Source: Octopus sinensis (Eukaryota). From it: a stretch of 64,000 bases of DNA. The stretch's first letter is position 1, and every line of letters starts with the position of its first letter. The position numbers were made by a program, and so were the translations under genes. The notes below the pieces were generated by a model that was given only the letters and a program-made list of their open reading frames with translations, made no database searches and was not told the DNA's origin. The DNA lies in the NCBI RefSeq assembly GCF_006345805.1, contig NC_043012.1:7750001-7814000 (forward strand), read 5' to 3'. Positions 1-11,760 of the stretch are shown here, in pieces.

Positions 1-143
1 CCTCAACCTGTTAGAAATAACAGACAAATTTACCTTAATAATCCATTTGTTACTTTATTTCTCTTGAAATGCACTGCCTTTGTGTCATTTAATTTTGAAA
101 ATAATGAAAACTTTAGTGAAATAACTTTGTCGTTATTATGTTA

Positions 144-303
144 CCATATTTTAACATGTATAAGGAATCCCCTTATTTGGGAGTCTTAAAATTTGGAAAA
201 AATGGTTTTGTAAGGGATTATAATACTATCTATTATAAATTCCCATATTTTTTTAACCTAATTTTTGACAAAAAAAGGGTTCTTTATACATGTTAAAATA
301 TGG
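144..303. mobile_element. MITE, Tc1/mariner superfamily (pogo/Tc2-like ends)
   Basis: About 28-bp terminal inverted repeats (CCATATTTTAACATGTATAAGGAATCCC / GGGTTCTTTATACATGTTAAAATATGG), flanked by TA at 142-143 and 304-305. No ORF. Confidence 0.75.
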
Positions 304-616
304 TAATTTTTGGAAGATGAACTAACATAGACTTGAGTAAGTGGTTTCACATGAATGGGAATAAATTGGAAATAAAATTAGCGTGCAGAAATGGAATAGT
401 CCAGATGGATAATAAAAAATTAAATTAAAGAAAAGACTATTGTCTATAAAGTATACAATGTAGAGAAAAAAGAAGAGCTAACAATTCCAGTCTGTTATAT
501 ATTTTGAGTATTATTATCACTAGCGATATCAAGATATAACTTTGTATTTTGCATTTTATGTGTAGATGTATATATATAGATGTACATGTAATATGTACAC
601 ATATATATATACATGC

Positions 617-658
617 ACTAGCACTATGACCCGGCAACGACGGGTCTTTAATGCTAGT
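617..658. mobile_element. Helitron-type 3' terminal hairpin
   Basis: ACTAGCACTATGACCCGG-CAACG-ACGGGTCTTTAATGCTAGT, an imperfect palindrome ending CTAG|T. Its reverse complement nearly matches 53290-53330. Confidence 0.65.
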
Positions 659-2743
659 TTCCTATAAAAGCTTCTATATCTTTCTAGATATTTTCTTCCC
701 TTATTGTCTTATTTACTCTGTGCAATAGGGATGTGTTTAAGGGACTGCATGAGTAAGTAGATGGATTGCAGAGTTCAGTCTTTTTTTAACAGTCATTGCA
801 ATGTGTTCCTTTGGCATGGTTCTAACTTTGTTTCACCACTTGGAAGAACGTTGCCCTGTTTGAGTGGTTAACTGGTAAAAACAATTTCTCAAAAACACAC
901 AAAAAATAAAGAGAAAGCCAGAAAACAAAAAAAAAAAAGGCAAAATCCTTTCTCAATGTTAGCGTGGGAGGAAAATCAATATAAAATAGGGAACAGGAAC
1001 AAGGGAGCGGGTCTGGGGAATAATGAATAAATGAATGCTTTTAGGGGTTAGGGGTTGAGTGTGGAGTTGGATTGCAAGCAGCTCAGGTAAGAGACTTTTT
1101 TTTTGTTGTTGTTGAAGGGTTCCCTTTTTCTTTTTTTTTTTCCTCCTCCAAACTCGGACAACTTCCTTTGATTGCTTTTCTCTGTTTGAACTGCTGCAAC
1201 CAACAAAACCTTATGACATATTTGGAGATGGAAGCTTGTTGCTGATAAAGAGCATAGGAGAGACGAGGGATGAAAAGGCCACTGTATACAGTTGGAGCCT
1301 ATTTCGATATTGCAGCTTCTAATTAGTTATATTCTTTGTATTACCTGATACATATAAAGGGGTTTCCATTGATATCGTTGATGGTCATATGTGTATGTGT
1401 GTGTGTGTGTGTGTTTGTGTCTCTTTTGACTTGATGGTGCTGAGTCATTCGGAAGCAGGCTATTTTTTTTTTTTTTTTCATTTTTGTTTTATTTATTTAT
1501 TATTGATATTGGCTCTCAATCAATACTGAGGAAAAGCCTGCTTGCTGTATTGAACGGTTGGCCATGGTGGAAGCAGGAAGGAATGGTTGGAGGCTACTAC
1601 TTCGAACCACAATTAGGTTTCTGAGCATGCTGGTTGCGGGGAAGAATATTTATGGCATTTATCAATATGGACTGTTGTTGCTTTTGTTGTTGTTATAAGG
1701 GTGATAGATTGCTAGAATTATTAGTGTTACACAAAATTCCTTGTGCTATTTAAGTAAATTGTACAATGTCCCTTTGCATTTTTGCATTCTGTTCTAATCC
1801 CTTCAAGTATTGGTTTTACCTTTTGCTTGTCTGGGACCAATAAATACCACTTGTATACTAATGTTGATTGAATTCACTAAGCCCTACATCCTCTTGTTAT
1901 ACTTCTGTATAGTGACCATGCGTCTATAGTAGAAATTACTGTTGTTACACATCAGAAAATGATGGAATCTGCAGTGGTCTTTTCGTAATTAGTTCCATCC
2001 ATTTTACTTCCGAACTCAAATGCCATCAGGCTGAACTTTGCCTTTCATCTTTTACGAGTTGATGTAATAAGAACCAACCAAATACTATTTATGGATGAAT
2101 CAATCAACACTTCTTTCTCCTAAAATCTGTCTCTCTGAGACTATATTACAAACCATCATCATCATTCCCCCTCCTTGTTGGCCTTGTACCTAAACCAGAA
2201 ACCATTATTATTATTATCATCATCATCATCGTCATCATCATTATTATCAACTAGTCCTCTCACTAAAGTTTCAGGCCTTGTGTCTATAGTAGAAAGGATT
2301 ATTATCATTATTATTATCACAGCAAGCTGGCAGAATTGTTAGCACACGAGGTAAAATGCTTAGCAGGATTTCACCTATCTTAACAATCTGAGTTCAAATT
2401 CCACTGAGGTCAACTTTGCCTTTTTATCCTTTCAGGGTCAATAAAAATAAGTACCATTCAAGCACTGGAGATCAATGTAATCAACTAGCCCCACTCCCCC
2501 ACTCGTCAAAATTTCAGGTCTTGTGCCTATAGTAGAAAGGATTATTATTCATTAGCCCACCAAACAAAAGACATGGTGGCATTTCATTCATCTTCCCATT
2601 CTGAGTTCAAATTCTGCCAAAGTCAACTTTGCTTTTCATCCTTTCAGAGTTAATAAAGTACTAGTCAAGCAATGGGGTCAGTGTGATTGACTAGGCTCCT
2701 TCCCTTAAAATTCCAAGACTTGTGCCTATAGTTGAAAGGATTA

Positions 2744-3642
2744 TTACCTCTGCCTTAGCAAAGGTGGAGGTATTGTTTTCAGGTGTTTGTTTGTCCATGG
2801 ACAAGATATCTCAAGAACTACTGGATGGATCCGGATGAAACTTTCAAGGATGTTTTAGCCTTGTGGCTGGCATGAACTGATTAGACTTTGGGATTGATCC
2901 ACTACCGGACAAGGATTCTGGATTATTTGTTATATTTACTTTACGTGATTACAATCTTACTTCAACTTTCAAGTCTTTCTCAGTTGTCTCTTTTAGGCTG
3001 TAATTATTTTGAATGGTGGAGTCACAATGGCCCAGTGGTTAGGGCAGCGGACTCGCGGTCATAGGATCGCGGTTTCGATTCCCAGACCAGGCGTTGTGAG
3101 TGTTTATTGAGCGAAAACACCTAAAAGCTCCACGAGGCTCCGGCAGGGGATGGTGGTGATCCCTGCTGTACTCTTTCACCACAACTTCCTCTCACTCTTA
3201 CTTCCTGTTTCTGTTGTACCTGTATTTCAAGGGGCCAGCCTTGTAACTCTCTGTGTCACGCTGAATATCCCCGAGAACTACGTTAAGGGTGCACGTGTCT
3301 GTGGAGTGCTTCCATTTTGAATGGTGAATTTACTAACTTTGATTTGTATTAGATAGGGATAAGCTATTTATTACTGTTACTAAATTTTTTACAGCCACCT
3401 TCACAGTCCATGACTACTATTGACCAGGTACCTGACAAGGATTCTGGATTATTTTTCCGTTTTTTTTTTTTTTTTTTTGCTTAATATTTGAGAGTGGTCG
3501 AGTTCATTTTTAGTATTCTCTTTTGTGAGAGCAGTTGAGTTTATTTCAGATATTCTCATTTTAAAAATCCTCTCTGACTAATCGTTGAGAGGATGTTGGT
3601 GTTGCCTTGGCAGAGGTTTGCACTCTCTGAGTGCTCGTTGTT
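2744..3642 (+). mobile_element. Non-autonomous Helentron-type element (HINE/DINE-1-like), interrupted by a SINE
   Basis: 5' subterminal repeat ACCTCTGCC (2746-2754) with a nearby short inverted copy (2763-2771). Perfect 3' inverted copy GGCAGAGGT (3609-3617), followed by the palindrome GCACTC-tct-GAGTGC (3620-3634). T-rich flanks. Confidence 0.7.
3019..3313 (+). mobile_element. tRNA-derived SINE, family C (OR-like), internally deleted
   Basis: Box A (TGGCCCAGTGGTT) and box B (GGTTTCGATTCC) head. 13-bp TSD ATTTTGAATGGTG at 3006-3018 and 3314-3326. Confidence 0.9.
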
Positions 3643-4616
3643 ATTATTTTTTATTATTATTATTATTATTATTATAATAAAGGTGGCAAGCTAACGGAAT
3701 GCTTAGCAGTATTTCATCTGCCACTACGTTCTGGGTTCAAATTCAGAGTTGATTAAATAAGTAACAGTTAAATACTGGTGTTGAATATAATCGATTTACC
3801 CTTCTGCTAAAAAATTTGCTGGCCTTCTGGAAGAATTGTTGCCATGTTGGACAAAATGCTTAGTGGCATTTCTTTCAGCTATATGTTCCGAGTTCAAATC
3901 CCACTGAGTGTGACTTTGCCTTTCATTCCTTTAGTGGTCAATAAAATAAGTACCAGATGGGCATTGGGGTCAATATAATTGACTAGACCCCTCCCTGTGA
4001 GGTCAAGAAGCAAATTTCACACCACCCAGTCACACCTGTACCTATTAATAATGGTTTGTTTATTTTATATGGAAATAGGTAAACAATAGTGTTGTTAACA
4101 ACAGGTATCCAATAAGCTAATTAGCTAATTAGTAGTTTACTTTGTTTCTTTTGGCATGGGAGATGGAGGATTGTTGATTATTTATACAACTCAAGTGAGA
4201 CAAATATTTCACACAATGTTTTTATTTGAAAGCACCAGCTTGTTTTGTTTTCTCAACAACAATCATAGGCAAAATGCACACACACCCCTACAATGGGATT
4301 CTGTGCACTTTCTGTCTACCAAATTCTACTCACAAGGCATTGAGACTGTGGTAGAAGCCACATGCCCCAGTTGCTACAAAGCAGAATCGACCCTCAAGCA
4401 TCTTAAGCTCTCAGGATATTTTCTGTGTTGTGTGAACATTTGACAATAAGAATATGTCAGCCACTATTTCATCTGCAATTATCCTACTCACTGGATAATC
4501 ATAATAATAATCCTTTCTACAGGAAGCGCAAGGCCTCAAATTTGTAGAAGGGATTAAGTTGATTACATCAATCCCAGTGCATAACTGGTACTTGTTTAAT
4601 CGACTCCAAAAGGATG

Positions 4617-4937
4617 AAGTTTATCAGCTCCAAAGAGATTAAGGATAATGTTGACCTCAGCAGGTTTTGAACTCACAATGTAAAGAACTAGTAGAATAAA
4701 TACTGCAAGGTTATTGCTGCAACATTAAAAACATAGCCAACCCACTACCTTTATAATAATAATAATAATGATGATAATAAAAGCAGGGTGTGATCACAGT
4801 CGTGATCATAAAACGCATGAGTCATTTATGCACATCTCTCTATGTATACATTTATACCTATCAATTTATTTACCTATTCATCTGCGTGTATGTGTATGTG
4901 TGTACGTGCGCAATTAGTTACAATGACTTCTAATATT
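4617..4937 (+). repeat. Local duplication, copy 1 (about 320 bp)
   Basis: Near-identical to 5819-6138, including non-repeat sequence (gcagggtgtgatcacagtcgtgatcataaaacgcatgag). Confidence 0.9.
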
Positions 4938-5170
4938 TATTTCTTTATTGCCCTCAAGGGGCTAAACATAGAGGGGGAAAACAAGGAAGAATAAAGGAAT
5001 TGAGTCGATTACATCAACTCCAGTGCGTAACTGGTACTTATTTAATCGACCCCGAAAGGATGAAAGGCAACGACAATCCCAGCAGAATTTGGACTCACAG
5101 CGTAGCGGCTGATGAAGTACCACTAAGCATTTCGCCCGGTATGCTAACAATTCTGCCAGCTTGCCACCTT
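4938..5170 (-). mobile_element. SINE family B, subfamily B1
   Basis: Matches the young copies at 25133, 41960, 50711 and 55075, with internal GTTCAAATTCC-type box B motif on the minus strand. Confidence 0.85.
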
Positions 5171-5818
5171 AATAACAATAATAATTTTGGCACAAGGCCA
5201 GCAAGTTCAGGAAGGAGGCAAGTTGATTGCATTGACCCCAGTACTTGACTGGTACTTATTTTATCTACTCCAAAAGGATGAAAGACAAAGTTGACTTTGG
5301 CAGAATTTGAACTCGGAATGTGAAGCCAGATGAAATGCTTTGTAGCCTTTTGCCTAGCATGCTAATGATTCTGCCAGCTCACTGCCTTAATAATAATAAT
5401 AATAATAATTTCAAATTATATATTGAATACATTAACCTCAGTACTCAATTAGTACTTATTTTCTTGATCCCAAACGGATGAACAGCACAGTTGACTTTTG
5501 CAGAATTTGAACTCAGAATGTAAAAGCCAGAAGCAATACTACTAAGCAGTTTGTCCAGTGTAGTAGCATTTCTACCAGATTGCTGCCTTATTAATAATAA
5601 TCTTTTCTATTATGGGCACAAGACCTTAAATTTTGGAGGAGCGAGGTTAGGCAATTATATCGACCCTAGTGCTCAACTGGTGCTTATTTTATTGACCCCC
5701 TAAAAGAAGAAAGGCAAGGTTTGGCCTCAGTGGCATTTGGACTCAGAATGTAAAGAGCTGAAGGAAATCCCACTCAGCATTTTGTGAGATTCTACCAGTT
5801 TGTTGCCGATTGTTTCCT

Positions 5819-6138
5819 AAGTTTATCAGCCCCCAAAGGGATTAAGGATAATGTTGACCTCAGCAGGTTTTGAACTCAGAATGTAAAGAACTAGTAGAAT
5901 AAATACTGCAAGGTTATTGCTGCAACATTAAAAACATAGCCAACCCACTACCTTTATAATAATAATAATGATGATGATAATAAAAGCAGGGTGTGATCAC
6001 AGTCGTGATCATAAAACGCATGAGTCATTTATGCACATCTCTCTATGTATACATTTATACCTATCAATTTAGTTACCTATTTATCTGTGTGTGTGTGTGT
6101 GTGCACATGCTCGATTAGTTACAATGACTTCTAATATT
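5819..6138 (+). repeat. Local duplication, copy 2
   Basis: Near-identical to 4617-4937, offset about 1.2 kb. Confidence 0.9.
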
Positions 6139-7279
6139 ATGAGACCACAAGCTGTAGAGGGGATGTTATATTGATCCTCGTTAGGCGATTGGACTTTAGC
6201 AGGAATGGATCTTTACTTTATTCAATAACTGTTCTTAATTATATAATTTGTCATTCTCTCTCAAGTCATTTCTATTGACCTCTCATTCAGAAATTCTAGA
6301 GAAGAGGTTGAGAAGAATTGGCAGGCATGGCCGTTTCGTTTAGAAATTATTTACTTCGCTAATCGTGTGATGACATGTTCAATCTTGCTACACGGTACTT
6401 TTGAACAATTGTCACCAATCACAAGGTTGAGTTGACCAGTTGTAATATGAGTAAAATTAAACAAGGAAACTAGATAGAAACTAGGTATAAATACATGAGT
6501 GTGTATGTCCTTTCTTGGTGTATGTCAGTGAAAGACGTAGATATTGAGTGAAAAACCGATAAAATGATATGTAGTGGTGTGGTATTTATTATACGCAACT
6601 TATACAGACATGATACTCTATTGTCGTTCTACCATCTGAAAAGCAATGAACCAAAGATTAGTTCTTTGGAGAACATAGAGCCAAACAATATGGCTGTTCA
6701 TTAAAATGATACATTATAGAAATACAGAGAAAAAAAAAACATAACTAAAAAGAAAACTGAAAATAAATCTACTAGTGTTTGTCTTTTATTTATTTTGTTT
6801 TCCTTTCAATTTTTTTTTCTGCAAGACTTCATTTTTATATGTTAACATATTTTAGGCTAGGCTGCTAAAATGTTTTTCTAATATATTATTTCCTGTATGA
6901 CCACTGCATTACTACTGCACGACCACTGTACCCCCTGCTGTGCATTTACTGTACCTCTCCTACATTGCTGCATTTCTCTTGCATTTTACTGTATCTCTGC
7001 TGCAACATGTTTTAACTGCAGTAATTACTATAAAAACACTGTATTAGTACTGCACCATGTGCCTGAGTTGCTACTGCAATATCTCGCTTTATTACTGCTA
7101 CAATAAACTTATATGAACTTCTAAAGATAATGCTCAGCTTTGTGCTGGAGTCACAGAAGTACCCTACCTCCAGATTGTGGATCATGTGGTACCAGGTTGT
7201 GCAGAAAGAATACATTTTAAAATTTTATTTCTATTTTTAATTGAACGTCACAGGCTGTTTTTGCATTATATATTTTTAT

Positions 7280-8270
7280 TTTGTTTTTACTTGTTTCAGT
7301 CATCAGATAGCAGCCATATTGGGGCATTCCTTAAGAAATTTTAGTTGCACAAATTGACCCAGTACACATATGTATTTCTAAGCCTGACACTTATTTTATC
7401 TATCTCTTTTTGCCAAACTACTAAGTTACGGGGATGTAAGCACACCAACACTGGTTGTCAAGCAATGGTGAGAGACAAACACAGACACAAAGACACACAC
7501 ACACATACACATATGATAGGCTTCTTTCAGTTTCTATCTACCAAGTCCACCCTCATGGTTTTGGTCAGCCCATGGCTACGGTGGAAGACATTTACCCAAG
7601 GGGCCACACAATGGGACTGTACCCAGAAAAATATGGTTGGGGAGTAAACTTCTTACCACACAGCCACACCTGTGCCTTTGTATGTATTATATATGTAAAA
7701 ATTAAATTGTATATTTGCGCTCTGAGTTTTGTTTTGTGCATGATCTCCCAGTCCAAAGAAAAATGGTCTTGCATGAGACCATTCTTTGGTTCGAAAATGG
7801 TTGGGGGGCCAATGATGGAGACTACAAGTAACTGACTCCTGAATGGTTTGATGCCTGTTACACTATCTTTTATTATTTTCAGTTATTTGACTACATCCAT
7901 GTTGGGACACCACCTTGAAGGGTTTTATATGAAAAAAATCAACACCAGGACTTGTCTTTTGTTAAGCCTGCTACTTATTTTATCAGTCTCTTTTGCTGAA
8001 CTGCTAAGTTACAGGGATGTAAACACACTAACACTGGTTGTATTTGTGTTTGTGTATCCCCACTACTAATTGACAAAGATACACACACGCATAGATATAT
8101 ACACGCATAGATATATACATGATGGGCTTCTTTCAGATCCACTCACAAGACTTTGGTCAGCCCAAGGCTACAGTAGAAGACACTTGCCCAAGGTGCCACG
8201 CAGTGGGACTGAACCCAAAACCATGTGATTGGGAAGTAAGCTTCTTACCACACAGCCACACCTGTGCCTA
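7280..8270 (-). mobile_element. Two older SINE family A copies (about 7280-7685 and 7890-8270)
   Basis: Diverged matches to the family A copies at 16556 and 21215. Confidence 0.75.
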
Positions 8271-8936
8271 TTCTTAAAAAATAATAAAGTAAAAATCCTG
8301 ATGTGATGATCAGCATTTAAATACCTTTGATTACAGGTCTGCTGCTTAAGCATAGCCAGCTTAGGTTTAAATAACAACAGCAGAAAGAATTTTTTTTTCT
8401 CCTATTTGCTAATATTGGTTTTAAATTTTGGCACAAAGCCAGCAATTTCAAGGGAGAGTTAAATCGATTGCATTGACCCCAGTGCTCAATTGACACTTGT
8501 TTTATCGACCCTAAGAGGATGAAAAGCAAAGTCAATCTCAGTGGTATTTGAACTCAGAATGTAAAAATAGATGAAATACTGCTAAGAATTTTATCTGGCA
8601 TGCTAACAATTCTGCCAATTGGCTGCCTTCTTATTAGCTAATATTAATCCCTACCTCCAGTTCCTGTTCTTATTACCATTCCAGCTATCGTTTTTCTTCA
8701 TTAATTAATTCATCAATAAAACTCCTTTTTCCCCTCTTGTTTTTTTTTTAATCCTAACCCCCACTTCCTCTCCTATCTGAGAAGGGCTGATACTGTATGT
8801 CTCCCACTTACCCAACTATACATTCTAAAAAAGGGTGTCTGTCTTCAAATGGCTGTTTGTTAATTGCTGCCGGTCAGAGATAGTTGAGCCTCGGTTAACA
8901 CTATAATATCTTATCACATGTGTCTTACTCTGTCTG

Positions 8937-8977
<41 letters not shown>

Positions 8978-9004
8978 AAAGCTGGTCTCTTCTTAGACTG
9001 GCTA

Positions 9005-9180
9005 GCCAAGCAGATTTCAACCATTTTAATATCCAGACCAGATCCAAAACCTGGAATTTTTTAGGGGGTCACACCAAAAGAACGTAAAGCACTAGTCAAC
9101 TAAAGAAAAACTTATGTTTAAGGAGAGAAGCCCATCAAGGGCCACATATGGCCCTGAGAGCTGCAGTTGAGAACCACTTG
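9005..9180. mobile_element. hAT (Charlie-like) MITE, degenerate copy
   Basis: Right end GTTGAGAACCACTT. Body similar to 50125-50334. Flanks GGCTAGcc / GGCTAGaa. Confidence 0.6.
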
Positions 9181-9850
9181 GCTAGAATATAACAGTAGGT
9201 AACATAGAATATATATGAATATAGGATTCAAATTTTGGCCAGCAAGTTTGGGGGAGGGGCTAAGTTGATTACATCGACCCCTAGAGTTCAGCTGGTACTT
9301 ATTTTATCGAATCTGAAAAGATGAAAGGTAGAGTCAGACTTGGCAGAATTTGAACTCGGAATGTAAAGACAGACAAAATGCTATTTAGCATTTTATCCAG
9401 CGTGCTAATGATTGTGCCAGCTGACTGCCTTAAGGAATATATGAATATTAAGCATATTATTTAGACTTAAGCAAGGATTATATTTTTAATCAGTTATTGA
9501 TTTATCTCGTTTCTATTTCTGCTTCACGTTTTAATTTATTCATTTTTGTTTTTAAATTTGAAGTGTCCTCTGCTTTTTTTTGTTTTTGTCTAGTTTCTTA
9601 TTTATTTGTCTCTGCCTCTTTTCTATTTTTATATTGAGTTATTGCAGTAATTTTCTTCATTATTATTATTATTAATTATTATTATTATTATTCCGTATTC
9701 TTATTTTTATCATGTGCTTTCACTGCACTACTGAGCACAGCTCTATGTGCCTTGGGTATGTGCTGTGGTTTGTTGTGACGCTCTTATTTTCACTGTATTC
9801 AAAGTGCTTTATGTAGGATGTGTGTGGTGCCTAGTAGTGCTATTTTCTGT

Positions 9851-10230
9851 GAGGCGCAATGGCCCAGTGGTTAGGGCAGCGGACTCGCGGTCATAGGATC
9901 GCGGTTTCGATTCCCAGACCGGACATTGTGAGTGTTTATTGAGCGAAAACACCTAAAAGCTCCACGAGGCTCCGGCAGGGGATGGTGGTGATCCCTGCTG
10001 TACTCTTTCACCACAAATTTCTCTCACTCTTACTTCCTGTTTCTGTTGTACCTGTATTTCAAGGGGCCGGCCTTGTCACTCTCTGTGTCACGCTGATTAT
10101 CCCCGAGAACTACGTTAAGGGTGCACGTGTCTGTGGAGTGCTCAGCCACTTACACGTTATTTCACAAGCAGGCTGTTCCGTTGATTCGGATCAACCGGAA
10201 CTCTCATCGTCGTAACGACGAGTACTTCCA
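9851..10230 (+). mobile_element. tRNA-derived SINE, family C, full length
   Basis: Box A/B head. 10-bp TSD TATTTTCTGT at 9841-9850 and 10231-10240. Confidence 0.92.
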
Positions 10231-10458
10231 TATTTTCTGTATTATTATTATTGTTATTATTATTATTATATTATTATATTATTATTATTATTATTATTAT
10301 TCCGTATTCTTATTTTTATCATGTGCTTTCACTGCACTACTGAGCACAGCTCTATGTGCCTTGGGTATGTGCTTGGTTTGTTGTGACGCTCTTATTTTCA
10401 CTGTATTCAAAGTGCTTTATGTAGGATGTGTGTGGTGCCTAGTAGTGCTATTTTCTGT

Positions 10459-10841
10459 GAGGCGCAATGGCCCAGTGGTTAGGGCAGCGGACTCGCGGTC
10501 ATAGGATCGCGGTTTCGATTCCCAGACCGGACATTGTGAGTGTTTATTGAGCGAAAACACCTAAAAGCTCCACGAGGCTCCGGCAGGGGATGGTGGTGAT
10601 CCCTGCTGTACTCTTTCACCACAAATTTCTCTCACTCTTACTTCCTGTTTCTGTTGTACCTGTATTTCAAGGGGCCGGCCTTGTCACTCTCTGTGTCACG
10701 CTGATTATCCCCGAGAACTACGTTAAGGGTGCACGTGTCTGTGGAGTGCTCAGCCACTTACACGTTAATTTCACAAGCAGGCTGTTCCGTTGATTCGGAT
10801 CAACCGGAACTCTCATCGTCGTAACCGACGGAGTACTTCCA
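10459..10841 (+). mobile_element. tRNA-derived SINE, family C, duplicated copy
   Basis: Same TSD at 10449-10458 and 10842-10851. Confidence 0.92.
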
Positions 10842-10861
10842 TATTTTCTGTATTATTATTA

Positions 10862-10911
<50 letters not shown>

Positions 10912-11321
10912 ATCAAGGCAACAAGCTGGCAGAATTGTTACCATCATCATCATCATCGTTTAGACAAAATACTTAGCAGCATCTCGTTCGGCTTTACATT
11001 GTTAGTTTAAAAACTGCTGAGGTTGACTTTGCCTTTCATCTTTTCAGGATTGATAAAATATGTACCAGTGAAGCACTGGGGTTAATGTGGTCCATTAGCC
11101 TCCTTTTCCAAAATTTCAGGTCTTGCACCTATATAGAAAGAATTATTATGAATTAGAGAGTAGTGCATGCCATCAAAATGACACTGAGGTACAAATATAC
11201 GAAGCTTAATATACCCATTATGACTACCCAGCTGATAAGGATGCACAGCATGTTGATTTCATATCAAAATAAACAGTGCATGACCTTGCAGGTGGGGTCC
11301 AGTTAGAATTTTCTTCAGGTC

Positions 11322-11760
11322 AGTTACTTAGTTAGTTAATTTTTTGGCTCAAAAAGCAAAAAGCAAGGCCATGTAGGGGAACATGGAGTTATGTACAGGG
11401 TGGTATTCATGTAAAGAGTTCAGGCCACTTGAGGTCAAGGGAGACTTTGAACTGAGCGGTCGTTGGCATCTTCACCATCTCGTCTGGCAGCTTATTCCAC
11501 GGATCCGCAACCCGGACAGAGAAAGCCTCTCTCTTTCGATTGAGATGAAATCGTCGTAGATAGAGCTTTTCGGAGTGACCCCGCAGCCGACACTCTGGAG
11601 CAGGAGTGAAGAACAGCTCTTTCGAGAGGTTACAATTTCCGCTTATGATGTTGTGAGCAAGAATGAGATCTCTACGGCGGCGGCGTTTTTCTAGAGAATA
11701 AAGGTCGAGCGTCTTCAGCCTTCTTCATAAAAAAAATTCTTGAGACCAAGAACCATGCGG
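11322..11760 (-). mobile_element. CR1-clade LINE, 5'-truncated (ORF2 C-terminus plus 3' UTR)
   Basis: The minus strand translates as TRMVLGLKNFFYEE(frameshift)LKTLDLYSLEKRRRRRDLILAHNIISG...RLRGHSEKLY...AFSVRVADPWNKLPDEMVKMPTTAQFKVSLDLKWPELFT*, with the stop at 11407-11409. This is the typical CR1 ORF2 ending. An (AACT)n-like tail lies at 11322-11340. Confidence 0.92.

Larger units (their letters stand above)
9692..10910 (+). repeat. Tandem duplication, unit about 609 bp, bounded by (TAT)n tracts
   Basis: 9692-10300 and 10301-10910 differ only by 1-nt indels and microsatellite length. Each unit contains one family C SINE. Confidence 0.95.

Noticed and set aside
961-1092. Strong donor CAG|GTAAGA at 1087, suggesting an exon
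   Set aside because: The upstream sequence encodes nothing DET1-like and the acceptor is weak. An isolated consensus match is expected by chance.
3019-3095. tRNA-like sequence (also at 9851, 10459, 48840 and 59028)
   Set aside because: These are SINE heads with box A/B that continue into repeat bodies with TSDs. They are not tRNA genes.
6897-7106. Cys/Leu-rich 69-aa ORF
   Set aside because: It arises from degenerate ACTGCA/ACTGTA low-complexity sequence and shows no family signature.
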